Source: Minisyncoccota bacterium (lineage in GTDB: Bacteria; Patescibacteriota; Minisyncoccia; Phycocordibacterales; UBA9973). From it: 38,144 nt of DNA. Position numbers and translations under genes: made by a program. The DNA is taken from the NCBI GenBank assembly GCA_031973235.1, contig DALYDM010000004.1, forward strand, positions 1-38,144, read 5' to 3'. The notes under the pieces were generated by a model. That model searched no databases. It was not told the DNA's origin and worked only from the letters and a program-made list of their open reading frames with translations. Positions 9,466 through 17,950 of this stretch are shown piece after piece (position 1 is the stretch's first letter; each line of letters begins with the position of its first letter).

Positions 9466-11985
9466 CTATTCACTTGTAAGTGAGAAATTTTCAGTTGTTT
9501 CGTTTTGGTTAAACACCGTGTCATATCCTTTTACTTTGATTTCATTTGTTTCATTTAAATCTTCAATTTCAGAAAGATTAAGAGTATATATAAATGGTGA
9601 TTGGTTTATTGTATTGATATATATACCATTTAAAAATATATCAGCTTTCTTCAAAGGATATGTTCCAGTAGATGTAACTTTAATTACAATATCATCGCTT
9701 TTTGAAACCGAATTACTAGAAAGTGACACATTTATTCTTGGTTTGTTTTCTTCTGTGTGAATTGAATCTTCTTGTGTTGGTTTTTCACTTTCACTTACAT
9801 ATTCATTTTGATATCTTCCTTTGTTTGTATTCCACCAATTTTGTACTGCAGTTTCCCAATTTGAATATTGAGGATCATTTTCAGGATTTGAGATAATTCC
9901 TCCAGTTGGATTTGATTTATTTACCCAGTGAAGTATTGAATGTACATTTGTGATTACTTTTTCTTTTCTAGTCTCTTGTGGTGTAAAATCTGTTGCAAGT
10001 TTACCTGAAATAGTATCGATTATAAATGATTCTCCACCAATAAATTTACCTCGAAGTGGAGGAATAAGTGAATCATAATTTTCTGGTCGAACAGGTTTCT
10101 CAAAAACCTCCTTTGGTCTTTTTGATAATGCATATCTCATTACTTGATTAAAGGTTGGACCAGAAACAGTAGAACCTTTTTTCATTGGAGTATTTTCATT
10201 ATTTCCAGACCATACACCCACTACAAGTGATGGACTATACCCAATCATCCACGCATCTTTATTACTATTTGTTGTTCCTGTTTTTACGGCTACATTATCT
10301 GAAACATATAATGTTGAGTTCGCACCAAATGTTGGTGTACGAGCATTATTGTCTGAAAGAATATCTGAAATCATTAACGCAACATTTTTTGGAAGCACTT
10401 GTTGTTCTGTTTGCGAGTATTGTTCTAATACTTCACCAGTTTCTGTTTCAACACGAAGTATTCCTGTTGCAGGTACACGTACTCCATCATTTGCAAAAAC
10501 TCCATATGCACTCGTCATATCAAGAAGGGAAACTTCTCCACCTCCGAGTACAAGGGTGAGTCCGTATTGATCTGGGTTTGTAAGAGATTTTATTCCCATA
10601 TCTTTTGCTGTTTTAAGTGAATCTTTAATACTTGTGAGATAAAGAAGTTTTACTGCAGGAACGTTGATTGATTGTGCAAGTGCATCTCGAAGCATCATTG
10701 GTCCATGAAAAAGTCCATTGTAGTTTTGAGGCATATAACATTCACTTTTACTTCTTCCTCCTTTTGGATTTCCATATGCATCACACGTTGTTTGAAATTC
10801 TGTGGGAACATCAAACAATACTGTTTCTGCGGTGTAACCTTTCATAAACGCAGTTGCATAAATAAATGGTTTAAATGATGATCCAGGCTGTCTTTTTGCA
10901 GTTGCAATATTGAAATTCCCATCGATTTCTTTATCAAAATAATCACGTGAGCCAACCATACTTAAAATATGGCCAGTTTGTGGATCAAGTACTACTACAC
11001 CTGTATTTGTTGCGTTATACGTTTTTGCATTCTCTAATGCATTCTTGAGTGCTACTTCTTCTGCTTTTTTCTGGATGTCGTAATCAAGTGTTGTGATTAC
11101 TTTTAACCCTTCTCCTTCAACTGCATCCTTTCCGTATTTTTGTTCGAGATATTCACGAATAAACATTACAAAATGAGGTGCTTTTATCCCTGTTGTTTCC
11201 CGCGGAATAAACACAACTTGTTCATTTTTTGCTGTGGTCATTTCTTCTTCTGTTATAAACCCAAGCTCTTTCATTCGTGAAAGTACCACATTTTTTCTTG
11301 TGTCGAGTTCTGTTTTGTTTTTACCATAGGGAGAATAACGAGTTGGGGCTTGAGGAATAGCTGCAATGTATGCAGACTCAGCAAGAGTAAGATCTTTTGC
11401 ATTTTTATTGAAAAAAGTTCGTGATGCTTCTTGAACACCATACACACTTCCACCATAAGGTACTTCATTGAGATAAATACCAAGAATATCTTCTTTTGTA
11501 AGTTTTTGTTCAATTTTTACTGCAAGAATCCACTCTTTTACTTTTCGAGTGATGGTTTTATCTTTTGTGAGAAGAGTGTTTTTTATAATTTGTTGTGTGA
11601 TTGTTGAACCTCCTTGTGAAAAATCAATACTTAAAAGATTTACCAATACAGCTCGAAGTATTGCTTTTGGTTGAATACCTTGGTGCTGATAAAAATTTGA
11701 GTCCTCAATAGCTACTGTAGCTTTTTTTATATTGTCACTTATTTGATCAAAAGGTACCACTGTTCTTTTGATATCTTGGTGTACATCATAGAGAAGTACT
11801 TCGCCAGTGTTATCATAAATTTTTGTTGACCGTTCTATTTTGCGTGCGTCAAATGAATTAAAGTCTGGAATTTCTATTGTTCCAACCCAGACCATGAGCG
11901 CACCAGCAAGTAATACTCCTGTACTAAGAAGAAAAATAAATGTATTTAGAATAATATGTTTTCGTTTGTGTTTTTTATCCGTCAT
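9466..11985 (-). CDS. Class A penicillin-binding protein (PBP1A family) with C-terminal extension/Ig-like domain
   Basis: Transglycosylase motifs EDSNF and GGSTITQQ; transpeptidase motifs SSFK, SIN, KTG. ATG 11985 chosen because TATGAT lies 7 nt upstream. Confidence 0.95.
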   Translation of the reverse strand: MTDKKHKRKHIILNTFIFLLSTGVLLAGALMVWVGTIEIPDFNSFDARKIERSTKIYDNTGEVLLYDVHQDIKRTVVPFDQISDNIKKATVAIEDSNFYQHQGIQPKAILRAVLVNLLSIDFSQGGSTITQQIIKNTLLTKDKTITRKVKEWILAVKIEQKLTKEDILGIYLNEVPYGGSVYGVQEASRTFFNKNAKDLTLAESAYIAAIPQAPTRYSPYGKNKTELDTRKNVVLSRMKELGFITEEEMTTAKNEQVVFIPRETTGIKAPHFVMFIREYLEQKYGKDAVEGEGLKVITTLDYDIQKKAEEVALKNALENAKTYNATNTGVVVLDPQTGHILSMVGSRDYFDKEIDGNFNIATAKRQPGSSFKPFIYATAFMKGYTAETVLFDVPTEFQTTCDAYGNPKGGRSKSECYMPQNYNGLFHGPMMLRDALAQSINVPAVKLLYLTSIKDSLKTAKDMGIKSLTNPDQYGLTLVLGGGEVSLLDMTSAYGVFANDGVRVPATGILRVETETGEVLEQYSQTEQQVLPKNVALMISDILSDNNARTPTFGANSTLYVSDNVAVKTGTTNSNKDAWMIGYSPSLVVGVWSGNNENTPMKKGSTVSGPTFNQVMRYALSKRPKEVFEKPVRPENYDSLIPPLRGKFIGGESFIIDTISGKLATDFTPQETRKEKVITNVHSILHWVNKSNPTGGIISNPENDPQYSNWETAVQNWWNTNKGRYQNEYVSESEKPTQEDSIHTEENKPRINVSLSSNSVSKSDDIVIKVTSTGTYPLKKADIFLNGIYINTINQSPFIYTLNLSEIEDLNETNEIKVKGYDTVFNQNETTENFSLTSE

Positions 11986-12092
11986 TGTTCTTATCATACC
12001 GTGATTTTATAATTTATGTATATCTTTATAACGTATGAGATATGTAATTATTACATAAAGACAAAATCATTATTTTATGGTACATTTTTTCT

Positions 12093-13487
12093 ATGAACAG
12101 AGAAACAGAAATACAAGAACTTCTCACACGTGGTGTTGCTACATATATTGATCCAGAAAATGCATTTAAGAAAAAACTTGAATCTCACCCAGAGCGTATA
12201 GTAATAAAATTCGGAGTAGATCCAACTCGACCAGATATACACTTAGGTCATGCAGTAGTACTTCGAAGACTTCGTAAATTTCAAGACCTCGGATGTAAGG
12301 TTGTATTTTTGATTGGTGATTATACAACTCAAATCGGTGACCCAACCGGTAAAAGTAAAGTCCGCCCAGAAATCAGTCAACAAGAAATCGAGGCCAACAT
12401 GAAAACATATCTTGAACAGGTAGGAAAAATTCTTCGAACTGACGATGAGGTATTTACATGGATTAGAAATTCAGAATGGTTTTTAGATGTTTCAGATATT
12501 AATCCAGGAGAAAAAACTGAAGTAAACCTCTCTATTAATTCAGAAAAAGACAATATTCATAAAGACATTTCAATAAATCCAAACTCTTTCGTAGGGAAGG
12601 CGGTGCTTTTTGAAAACACCAGAATGCAAAAAACACACCTGAAAAGTTCTGTTATCCAAACAGTGTCATTTACACAAGTTCTTTCGACATTGCGCCATAT
12701 TACACACGCACGTCTTATCGAAAGAGATATGTTTCAAGATCGTATAAAAAGTGGAAGTGAGCTTTATATGCATGAAATGCTCTACCCTGTTATTCAAGGT
12801 ATTGATTCAGCACTTTTATATAGAATTTATGGTGCATGTGATTTAGAGGTTGGTGGAACAGACCAAACATTTAACATGCTTGTCGGTCGCGATGTAATGA
12901 AAATGAACAAACAAGAACCTCAGGCAGTCCTCTCTTTTGATCTTCTCGTGGGTCTCGACGGAAAAGAAAAAATGTCAAAGAGTCTTGATAATTATGTAGC
13001 AATAAGTGATGAACCTGCAGATATGTACGGCAAAATCATGTCTATTCCAGACAGTGCAATAGTAGAATATTTTACTCTCTGTACATATACACCACTTAGT
13101 GATATCGAAGAAATTAAAATAAAATTAAGCGAAGGAAAAGAAAATCCAAAAGATATTAAAATGCGACTTGCTGGTGAAATTGTTGCAATATATCACGGAG
13201 AGGGAGCACGACTTACTGCAGAGCATGATTTTGTTACAAAATTTCAAAAGAAAGAAATCCCTGATGATGTCTTAGAAGTGAAAGTGTCAAAAGACGATTT
13301 ACTAATGGATGTATTTAAAAAAGAAAAAATCGTAGAATCAAATGGAGAGTTTCGTAGGTTGATTGATGAGGGAGCAATCACACTTCTCACAAACAATAAT
13401 CAGAAAATATCTGATTCACAAACCATCGCACATGAAGGTGTGTATAAAATTGGAAAAAAGAGATTTGTGAAAATCGTGCTAATTTAA
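12093..13487 (+). CDS. tyrS: Tyrosine--tRNA ligase
   Basis: FGVDPTRPDIHLGH, GGTDQTFN, KMSKS, C-terminal S4-like domain. Confidence 0.97.
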   Translation: MNRETEIQELLTRGVATYIDPENAFKKKLESHPERIVIKFGVDPTRPDIHLGHAVVLRRLRKFQDLGCKVVFLIGDYTTQIGDPTGKSKVRPEISQQEIEANMKTYLEQVGKILRTDDEVFTWIRNSEWFLDVSDINPGEKTEVNLSINSEKDNIHKDISINPNSFVGKAVLFENTRMQKTHLKSSVIQTVSFTQVLSTLRHITHARLIERDMFQDRIKSGSELYMHEMLYPVIQGIDSALLYRIYGACDLEVGGTDQTFNMLVGRDVMKMNKQEPQAVLSFDLLVGLDGKEKMSKSLDNYVAISDEPADMYGKIMSIPDSAIVEYFTLCTYTPLSDIEEIKIKLSEGKENPKDIKMRLAGEIVAIYHGEGARLTAEHDFVTKFQKKEIPDDVLEVKVSKDDLLMDVFKKEKIVESNGEFRRLIDEGAITLLTNNNQKISDSQTIAHEGVYKIGKKRFVKIVLI

Positions 13488-13511
13488 AAAACCACCAATT
13501 GGTGGTTTTTT
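13486..13511. terminator. Bidirectional terminator (perfect palindrome)
   Basis: AAAAAACCACCAATTGGTGGTTTTTT. Confidence 0.85.
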
Positions 13512-13514
13512 AAA

Positions 13515-13721
13515 TTATTCTTCTATCTCTTCTTCTTGGTCATCATCTAGGGAGTCTTCATCTTCCCAAGACATTCCATCATCAAGACTATCGTCTTCGG
13601 TTCCAAACTCATCAATAACATCATCTGTCAACACTCCATCACCCATTTCTTTTTCATCATCATCGTCATCGAGTGCTGTGAGTAATGGACTTTTGATTAA
13701 GATTTCTTCTTCGTAGTGCAT
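13515..13721 (-). CDS. Small hyper-acidic protein
   Basis: 68 aa from ATG 13721, of which 32 are D/E; ends at the shared terminator with tyrS. Confidence 0.6.
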   Translation of the reverse strand: MHYEEEILIKSPLLTALDDDDDEKEMGDGVLTDDVIDEFGTEDDSLDDGMSWEDEDSLDDDQEEEIEE

Positions 13722-13817
13722 ACGTGTATAAAACAATTGATTATTACTAATATGCTACCTTTTGTATCAAATACAGAAAATTTTGCAAGTACTTTGGAAT
13801 AAAAGTGGGGGAAAATA

Positions 13818-13972
13818 AAAAAAGACTTAAATCTCTAAACAATCCTTGGGTGCGTGCGCACACAAGTAATGCACTGTCATAGGATAGCCCCAGGAACGAA
13901 AATCGCACCAAGACGTCCTAATCAAATACCTATAACCGCGAGGCTGATTGCTTAGAGATTTAAATCCTTTTT
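13818..13972 (-). ncRNA. Putative structured ncRNA (6S RNA candidate)
   Basis: 27-bp closing stem 13946-13972/13818-13844; its 3 mismatches become G-U pairs only on the minus strand. Internal stems, terminal U-run, upstream sigma70 promoter. Confidence 0.55.
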
Positions 13973-14018
13973 AGAAAACAAAATGTCACCTGCAATATTC
14001 AAGGTGACTTCTAGGGAG

Positions 14019-14046
14019 AGTATAGCATATTAATAAATTTTGTCAA
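14019..14046 (-). promoter_or_regulatory. Sigma70-type promoter toward the structured RNA and acidic ORF
   Basis: Minus strand TTGACA-16 nt-TATACT with extended TGn. Confidence 0.7.
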
Positions 14047-14075
14047 GCACCCAGTGTATACTATATACTACTAGT

Positions 14076-15059
14076 ATGAATAACTCCGATGATCGATTTT
14101 TAGACCAATCACTTCGTCCTGAAACTTGGGATGAATATATTGGACAAGAAACTATCAAAGAAAACTTAAGAATTTTGCTTAAGGCAGCAGAAGAACGCAA
14201 TCATCCAGCGGAGCATATACTTTTTTATGGACCACCAGGACTTGGTAAGACAACTCTCGCACATTTGATAGCAAAAGAAACAGGAAGACAAATCAAAATT
14301 ACTTCAGGACCAGCAATAGAAAAGGTGGGAGATCTCGCTTCAATACTCACCAACCTTTCACCAGGTGATATTATTTTTATAGACGAGATTCACCGACTCA
14401 ACAAGATGGTAGAAGAAGTATTGTATCCTGCAATGGAATCTGGTGTACTTGATATCATTATAGGAAAAGGACCTTCTGCTCGGACAATCCAACTCGACCT
14501 TCCTCCGTTTACTCTTATTGCTGCGACAACTCGTATTGCACTTCTTTCATCACCACTTCGTTCACGTTTTGGTGGTGGAGTTCATAGACTAGAATTTTAT
14601 ACTGAAGATGAAATAAAAAAAATAGTTGCTCGAAGTGCAAAAATTCTCGGAGTCAGTATTGATGACGATGCTCTTACAGAGATTTCCCGACGTTCACGGT
14701 TTACACCGAGAACAGCAAATTATTTTTTGAAACGTTGCCGCGATTATGCTCAGGTGCATAAAAAGGATTTAGATAAGAAAACTGTGTTTCTCGCACTCTC
14801 ACTTCTTGGAATTGATGAACTTGGACTTTCACAGTCTGACAGAGTCGTTCTTGAAACTATTATTGAAAAATTCAACGGTGGACCAGTCGGACTCAACACA
14901 CTCTCTGCGGCCACGAGCGAAGAAGAAGCGACCATCGAAGAGGTGACAGAGCCATACCTAATTCAACGCGGACTTCTCGAGCGTACACCACGTGGACGAG
15001 TTGCTACTCAAAAAGCATATGAGCATCTCGGTTTTGAAGGATTCGAAGATAAAAAATAA
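14076..15059 (+). CDS. ruvB: Holliday junction branch migration helicase RuvB
   Basis: [48 protein letters not shown]. Confidence 0.98.
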   Translation: MNNSDDRFLDQSLRPETWDEYIGQETIKENLRILLKAAEERNHPAEHILFYGPPGLGKTTLAHLIAKETGRQIKITSGPAIEKVGDLASILTNLSPGDIIFIDEIHRLNKMVEEVLYPAMESGVLDIIIGKGPSARTIQLDLPPFTLIAATTRIALLSSPLRSRFGGGVHRLEFYTEDEIKKIVARSAKILGVSIDDDALTEISRRSRFTPRTANYFLKRCRDYAQVHKKDLDKKTVFLALSLLGIDELGLSQSDRVVLETIIEKFNGGPVGLNTLSAATSEEEATIEEVTEPYLIQRGLLERTPRGRVATQKAYEHLGFEGFEDKK

Positions 15060-15083
15060 ACCCCCGCACGGCGAGGGTTTTTT
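15058..15083. terminator. Terminator after ruvB
   Basis: AAACCC-CCGC-ACG-GCGA-GGGTTTTTT. Confidence 0.65.
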
Positions 15084-15228
15084 GCTTTATAGAACACATT
15101 AGTTTGATTCAATGGATAACCTTAGAGAATCTTACTTCGGGGGACAAGCCCGTGGGTGTTCAGTCGTTTTTGTTTTTTCTGCTTTTGGCTAGGGGGTGTC
15201 ACGATTGCGTTGTGACCCCGGCAGCATG

Positions 15229-15327
15229 TTAGCAGGATGTTCCGGTGGCTTCGATCAAATTTTCATTAAATGTTACGGCGTTGATGCCGTTCGGGGCGCC
15301 ACGCGCCGAGCAGATTGTTTTTTTCAT
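15229..15327 (-). CDS. Possible 32-aa orphan ORF (MKKTICSARGAPNGINAVTFNENLIEATGTSC)
   Basis: First ATG downstream of a consensus promoter; no homology recognised. Confidence 0.25.
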   Translation of the reverse strand: MKKTICSARGAPNGINAVTFNENLIEATGTSC

Positions 15328-15356
15328 GTGCAAACCCTTTTTATATGGGTGAATAT

Positions 15357-15384
15357 ATTATATATTGTTTATTGTTTTTGTCAA
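15357..15384 (-). promoter_or_regulatory. Sigma70-type promoter within the ruvB-ruvC spacer
   Basis: Minus strand TTGACA-16 nt-TATAAT. Confidence 0.7.
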
Positions 15385-15433
15385 ACACTTGTGGGTGTTT
15401 TGGAATTAGGGTCCAGGGAGGTACACTAATTTC

Positions 15434-15910
15434 ATGCGAATTATTTCTATAGATCCGGGATACGATCGACTTGGTGTGTCAGTAATGGAGAAAGACACAA
15501 ATGGGAAGGAGGTGGTACTTTTTTCTGATTGTTTTACTACTGACAAAAGTGAATCACTTGATGCGCGTATTTTATTTTTGGGTCAAGCAGTTAAAAAAGT
15601 AATCAAAAAATGGTCGCCAACACACATGGCAATAGAAAAACTTTTCTTTACCAAGAACCAAACTACAGCCATGAAGGTAGCAGAAGTCCGCGGTGTGGTG
15701 ATATATGAAGCATCACAAATGGGAATAGTTATTCACGAATTTTCTCCACAAGATATCAAGATTGCAGTGACTGGATATGGAAGCGCCACGAAAGATCAAG
15801 TATCAAAAATGACAGAAAAAATTTTGAAACTTTCTCCTAAAAAACGTCTCGATGATGAGATGGACGCACTTGCACTTGGAGTGACTGCATTGGCACATAT
15901 TAAGAAATAG
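15434..15910 (+). CDS. ruvC: Crossover junction endodeoxyribonuclease RuvC
   Basis: ISIDPG, AIEKLFF, VTGYGSATKDQV, DDEMDALA. Confidence 0.96.
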   Translation: MRIISIDPGYDRLGVSVMEKDTNGKEVVLFSDCFTTDKSESLDARILFLGQAVKKVIKKWSPTHMAIEKLFFTKNQTTAMKVAEVRGVVIYEASQMGIVIHEFSPQDIKIAVTGYGSATKDQVSKMTEKILKLSPKKRLDDEMDALALGVTALAHIKK

Positions 15911-15929
15911 AATTTAAAGTATTAACAGA

Positions 15930-15984
15930 AAACCAAATACATAATGGGCGACGGCTTAGCCGTCGCCCATTATGTATTTGGTTT
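15930..15984. repeat. 26-bp perfect inverted repeat (long hairpin / bidirectional terminator)
   Basis: AAACCAAATACATAATGGGCGACGGC-TTA-GCCGTCGCCCATTATGTATTTGGTTT between convergent ruvC and pilB. Confidence 0.85.
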
Positions 15985-16055
15985 GGTTTTCAAACGAGGA
16001 GAACTGGAAAGAAAATAATTCTACTTCAAGAAAATACAAATTTTAAAGTCAAAAA

Positions 16056-17753
16056 CTAATTCTGTTCCAAATCCACCACAGACTTCACTTCTTCGAGTGA
16101 CGTAATACCTTTAAGTGCTTTGATGATACCGTCTTCTTTCATGTCGAGAATTCCTTGCTTATCACCAACTTTTTTGATTTCTCGCTCACTTGGATTCTGT
16201 GGAATTATTTCCTCAATCTTTTCGTCTGACACAATTGCTTCATATATTCCAAGTCGTCCTTTGAATCCAGTGTTGTTACACTTGTCACATCCAGGAGCAG
16301 AGTAGAGTGTGAATGGCTTAGTCATATCAATTCCATAAAAACTCAAATCTTTTCCTTCTGTTTGTGCGTCGGTAAGAATTTTTCTAATTACTGTGTCCTC
16401 ATCTTCCTTGATCGCTCTTTCTTTTTTACACTCAGCACAAAGTTTTCGTACAAGTCTCTGTGCAATTGAAAGGGAAAGGGCAGAAGTCAGAATTTTTGGA
16501 TTTACATCAAGGTCAATCAATCGAGGAATTACTCCTGCAGCATTGTTTGTGTGAAGTGTAGAAAACACCATGTGTCCTGTAAGTGCAGATTCAACAGCAA
16601 TTTTTGCTGTCTCGCTATCGCGGATTTCTCCCACCATTATCACATCAGGGTCTTGTCGAAGTGCCGAACGAAGTCCTTCAAGAAATGTATATCCTTTGTC
16701 TGTTTCGACTTGTGTTTGTGTGATTCCAGGAAGGTGGTACTCGATAGGATCTTCGATTGTAATAATTTTTATTTCAGGAGAATAAATTCTTCGAAGAAAG
16801 GCATACAGTGTAGTAGTTTTTCCAGAACCTGTCGGACCGTTGAGAAGAATGAGTCCATTTGGTTTGATAATTTCTTTTTGAATTACTTCAAAGAGTCTTG
16901 GCTCAATTCCCAAGTCCTCAAGTTGTACTTGAATTGATTTCGGATTAAGAATACGCATTACGATCGATTCACCATATGCTCCAGGAATCAAAGATGTACG
17001 AATACTTATTTCGTCTTTCTCAATAAAAATACTAAAACGTCCATCTTGTGCAATGTCGTTTACAAGCTTAAGTCCAGAAAGAAGTTTGATGCGAGAGTTG
17101 AGAAACTTATGAATCTCAAAAGGAAACTCCATGATGTCTTGCAAGAGTCCATCTAGTCGGTATCGAAGTCGCACATGTCCTTCTTCGGGCTCAATATGGA
17201 TATCAGATGCGCCGATTGAGATTGCTCCTGCGAGAATCACTTCAAGCATTTTTGAAATACGATGACTAGATGCATCTTTACTCATCTCATCAATCACATG
17301 TGGGACATCATTGATTGTATGGATACGTTTTCCAATATCAATAATCGCTTCACCTGTAATATCAAGACCACCTTGGCGTGAGGTTGTTGCCATTGATATT
17401 TCTTGATAACGCTCCCATACCTTATGGAGACTCGCAGGTGATGCCATGTACAAATGTACATTGTATCCTTTTGCTTCAAGTTCTTTCTTGAGTGCAAGTA
17501 CTTCATCGCGTTCTGGTGCACGCACTGCGATGTGTACATCGTGACCAAGAAGTTTGAATGGTGCGACTTCGATATTTTTAGCAAGATCTTCAGGTACGGT
17601 ACGTAGTGCATCATTTTCTACGAGTACGCCAGCGAGGTTGATGTAGGGAATACTATAGCGAGTTTGTGAAAGCACTTCGGCAAGTTCTTCCTCTTCTTGT
17701 TTGCGAATTTCTTCTAATTTTTTCTTCTGTACTTCTTCGTCGTTTTGGCTCAT
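16056..17753 (-). CDS. pilB: Type IV pilus / T2SS assembly ATPase (PilB/GspE family)
   Basis: ASDIHIEP, GPTGSGKTTT, TIEDPIEY, LRQDPDVIMVGEIRD, CxxC..CxxC, GFKGRLGIYE. Confidence 0.92.
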   Translation of the reverse strand: MSQNDEEVQKKKLEEIRKQEEEELAEVLSQTRYSIPYINLAGVLVENDALRTVPEDLAKNIEVAPFKLLGHDVHIAVRAPERDEVLALKKELEAKGYNVHLYMASPASLHKVWERYQEISMATTSRQGGLDITGEAIIDIGKRIHTINDVPHVIDEMSKDASSHRISKMLEVILAGAISIGASDIHIEPEEGHVRLRYRLDGLLQDIMEFPFEIHKFLNSRIKLLSGLKLVNDIAQDGRFSIFIEKDEISIRTSLIPGAYGESIVMRILNPKSIQVQLEDLGIEPRLFEVIQKEIIKPNGLILLNGPTGSGKTTTLYAFLRRIYSPEIKIITIEDPIEYHLPGITQTQVETDKGYTFLEGLRSALRQDPDVIMVGEIRDSETAKIAVESALTGHMVFSTLHTNNAAGVIPRLIDLDVNPKILTSALSLSIAQRLVRKLCAECKKERAIKEDEDTVIRKILTDAQTEGKDLSFYGIDMTKPFTLYSAPGCDKCNNTGFKGRLGIYEAIVSDEKIEEIIPQNPSEREIKKVGDKQGILDMKEDGIIKALKGITSLEEVKSVVDLEQN

Positions 17754-17873
17754 ACAAAAAGTATACCGCACTTATAGAAAACCTAGAAACCATCATGATT
17801 TGTTGGGTTGTTTGAGTGTTTATATGCCAAGTTTTGATCATAAAGGAGCATCATTTAATCCTTAAATATGGTA

Positions 17874-17902
17874 TTGACAAAAGTGTTTAATTGTGATAAG
17901 AT
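17874..17902 (+). promoter_or_regulatory. Sigma70-type promoter of the 527-aa ORF
   Basis: TTGACA-17 nt-TAAGAT with extended TGn. Confidence 0.65.
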
Positions 17903-17950
17903 ACACATAGAAAACAAAAACTGTCTGAAACTCAAAAAAATCGAAAGAAT

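Noticed and set aside
12480-12670. TyrRS insertion as an intein
   Set aside because: Too short, with no N-terminal C/S or C-terminal HN splice motifs.
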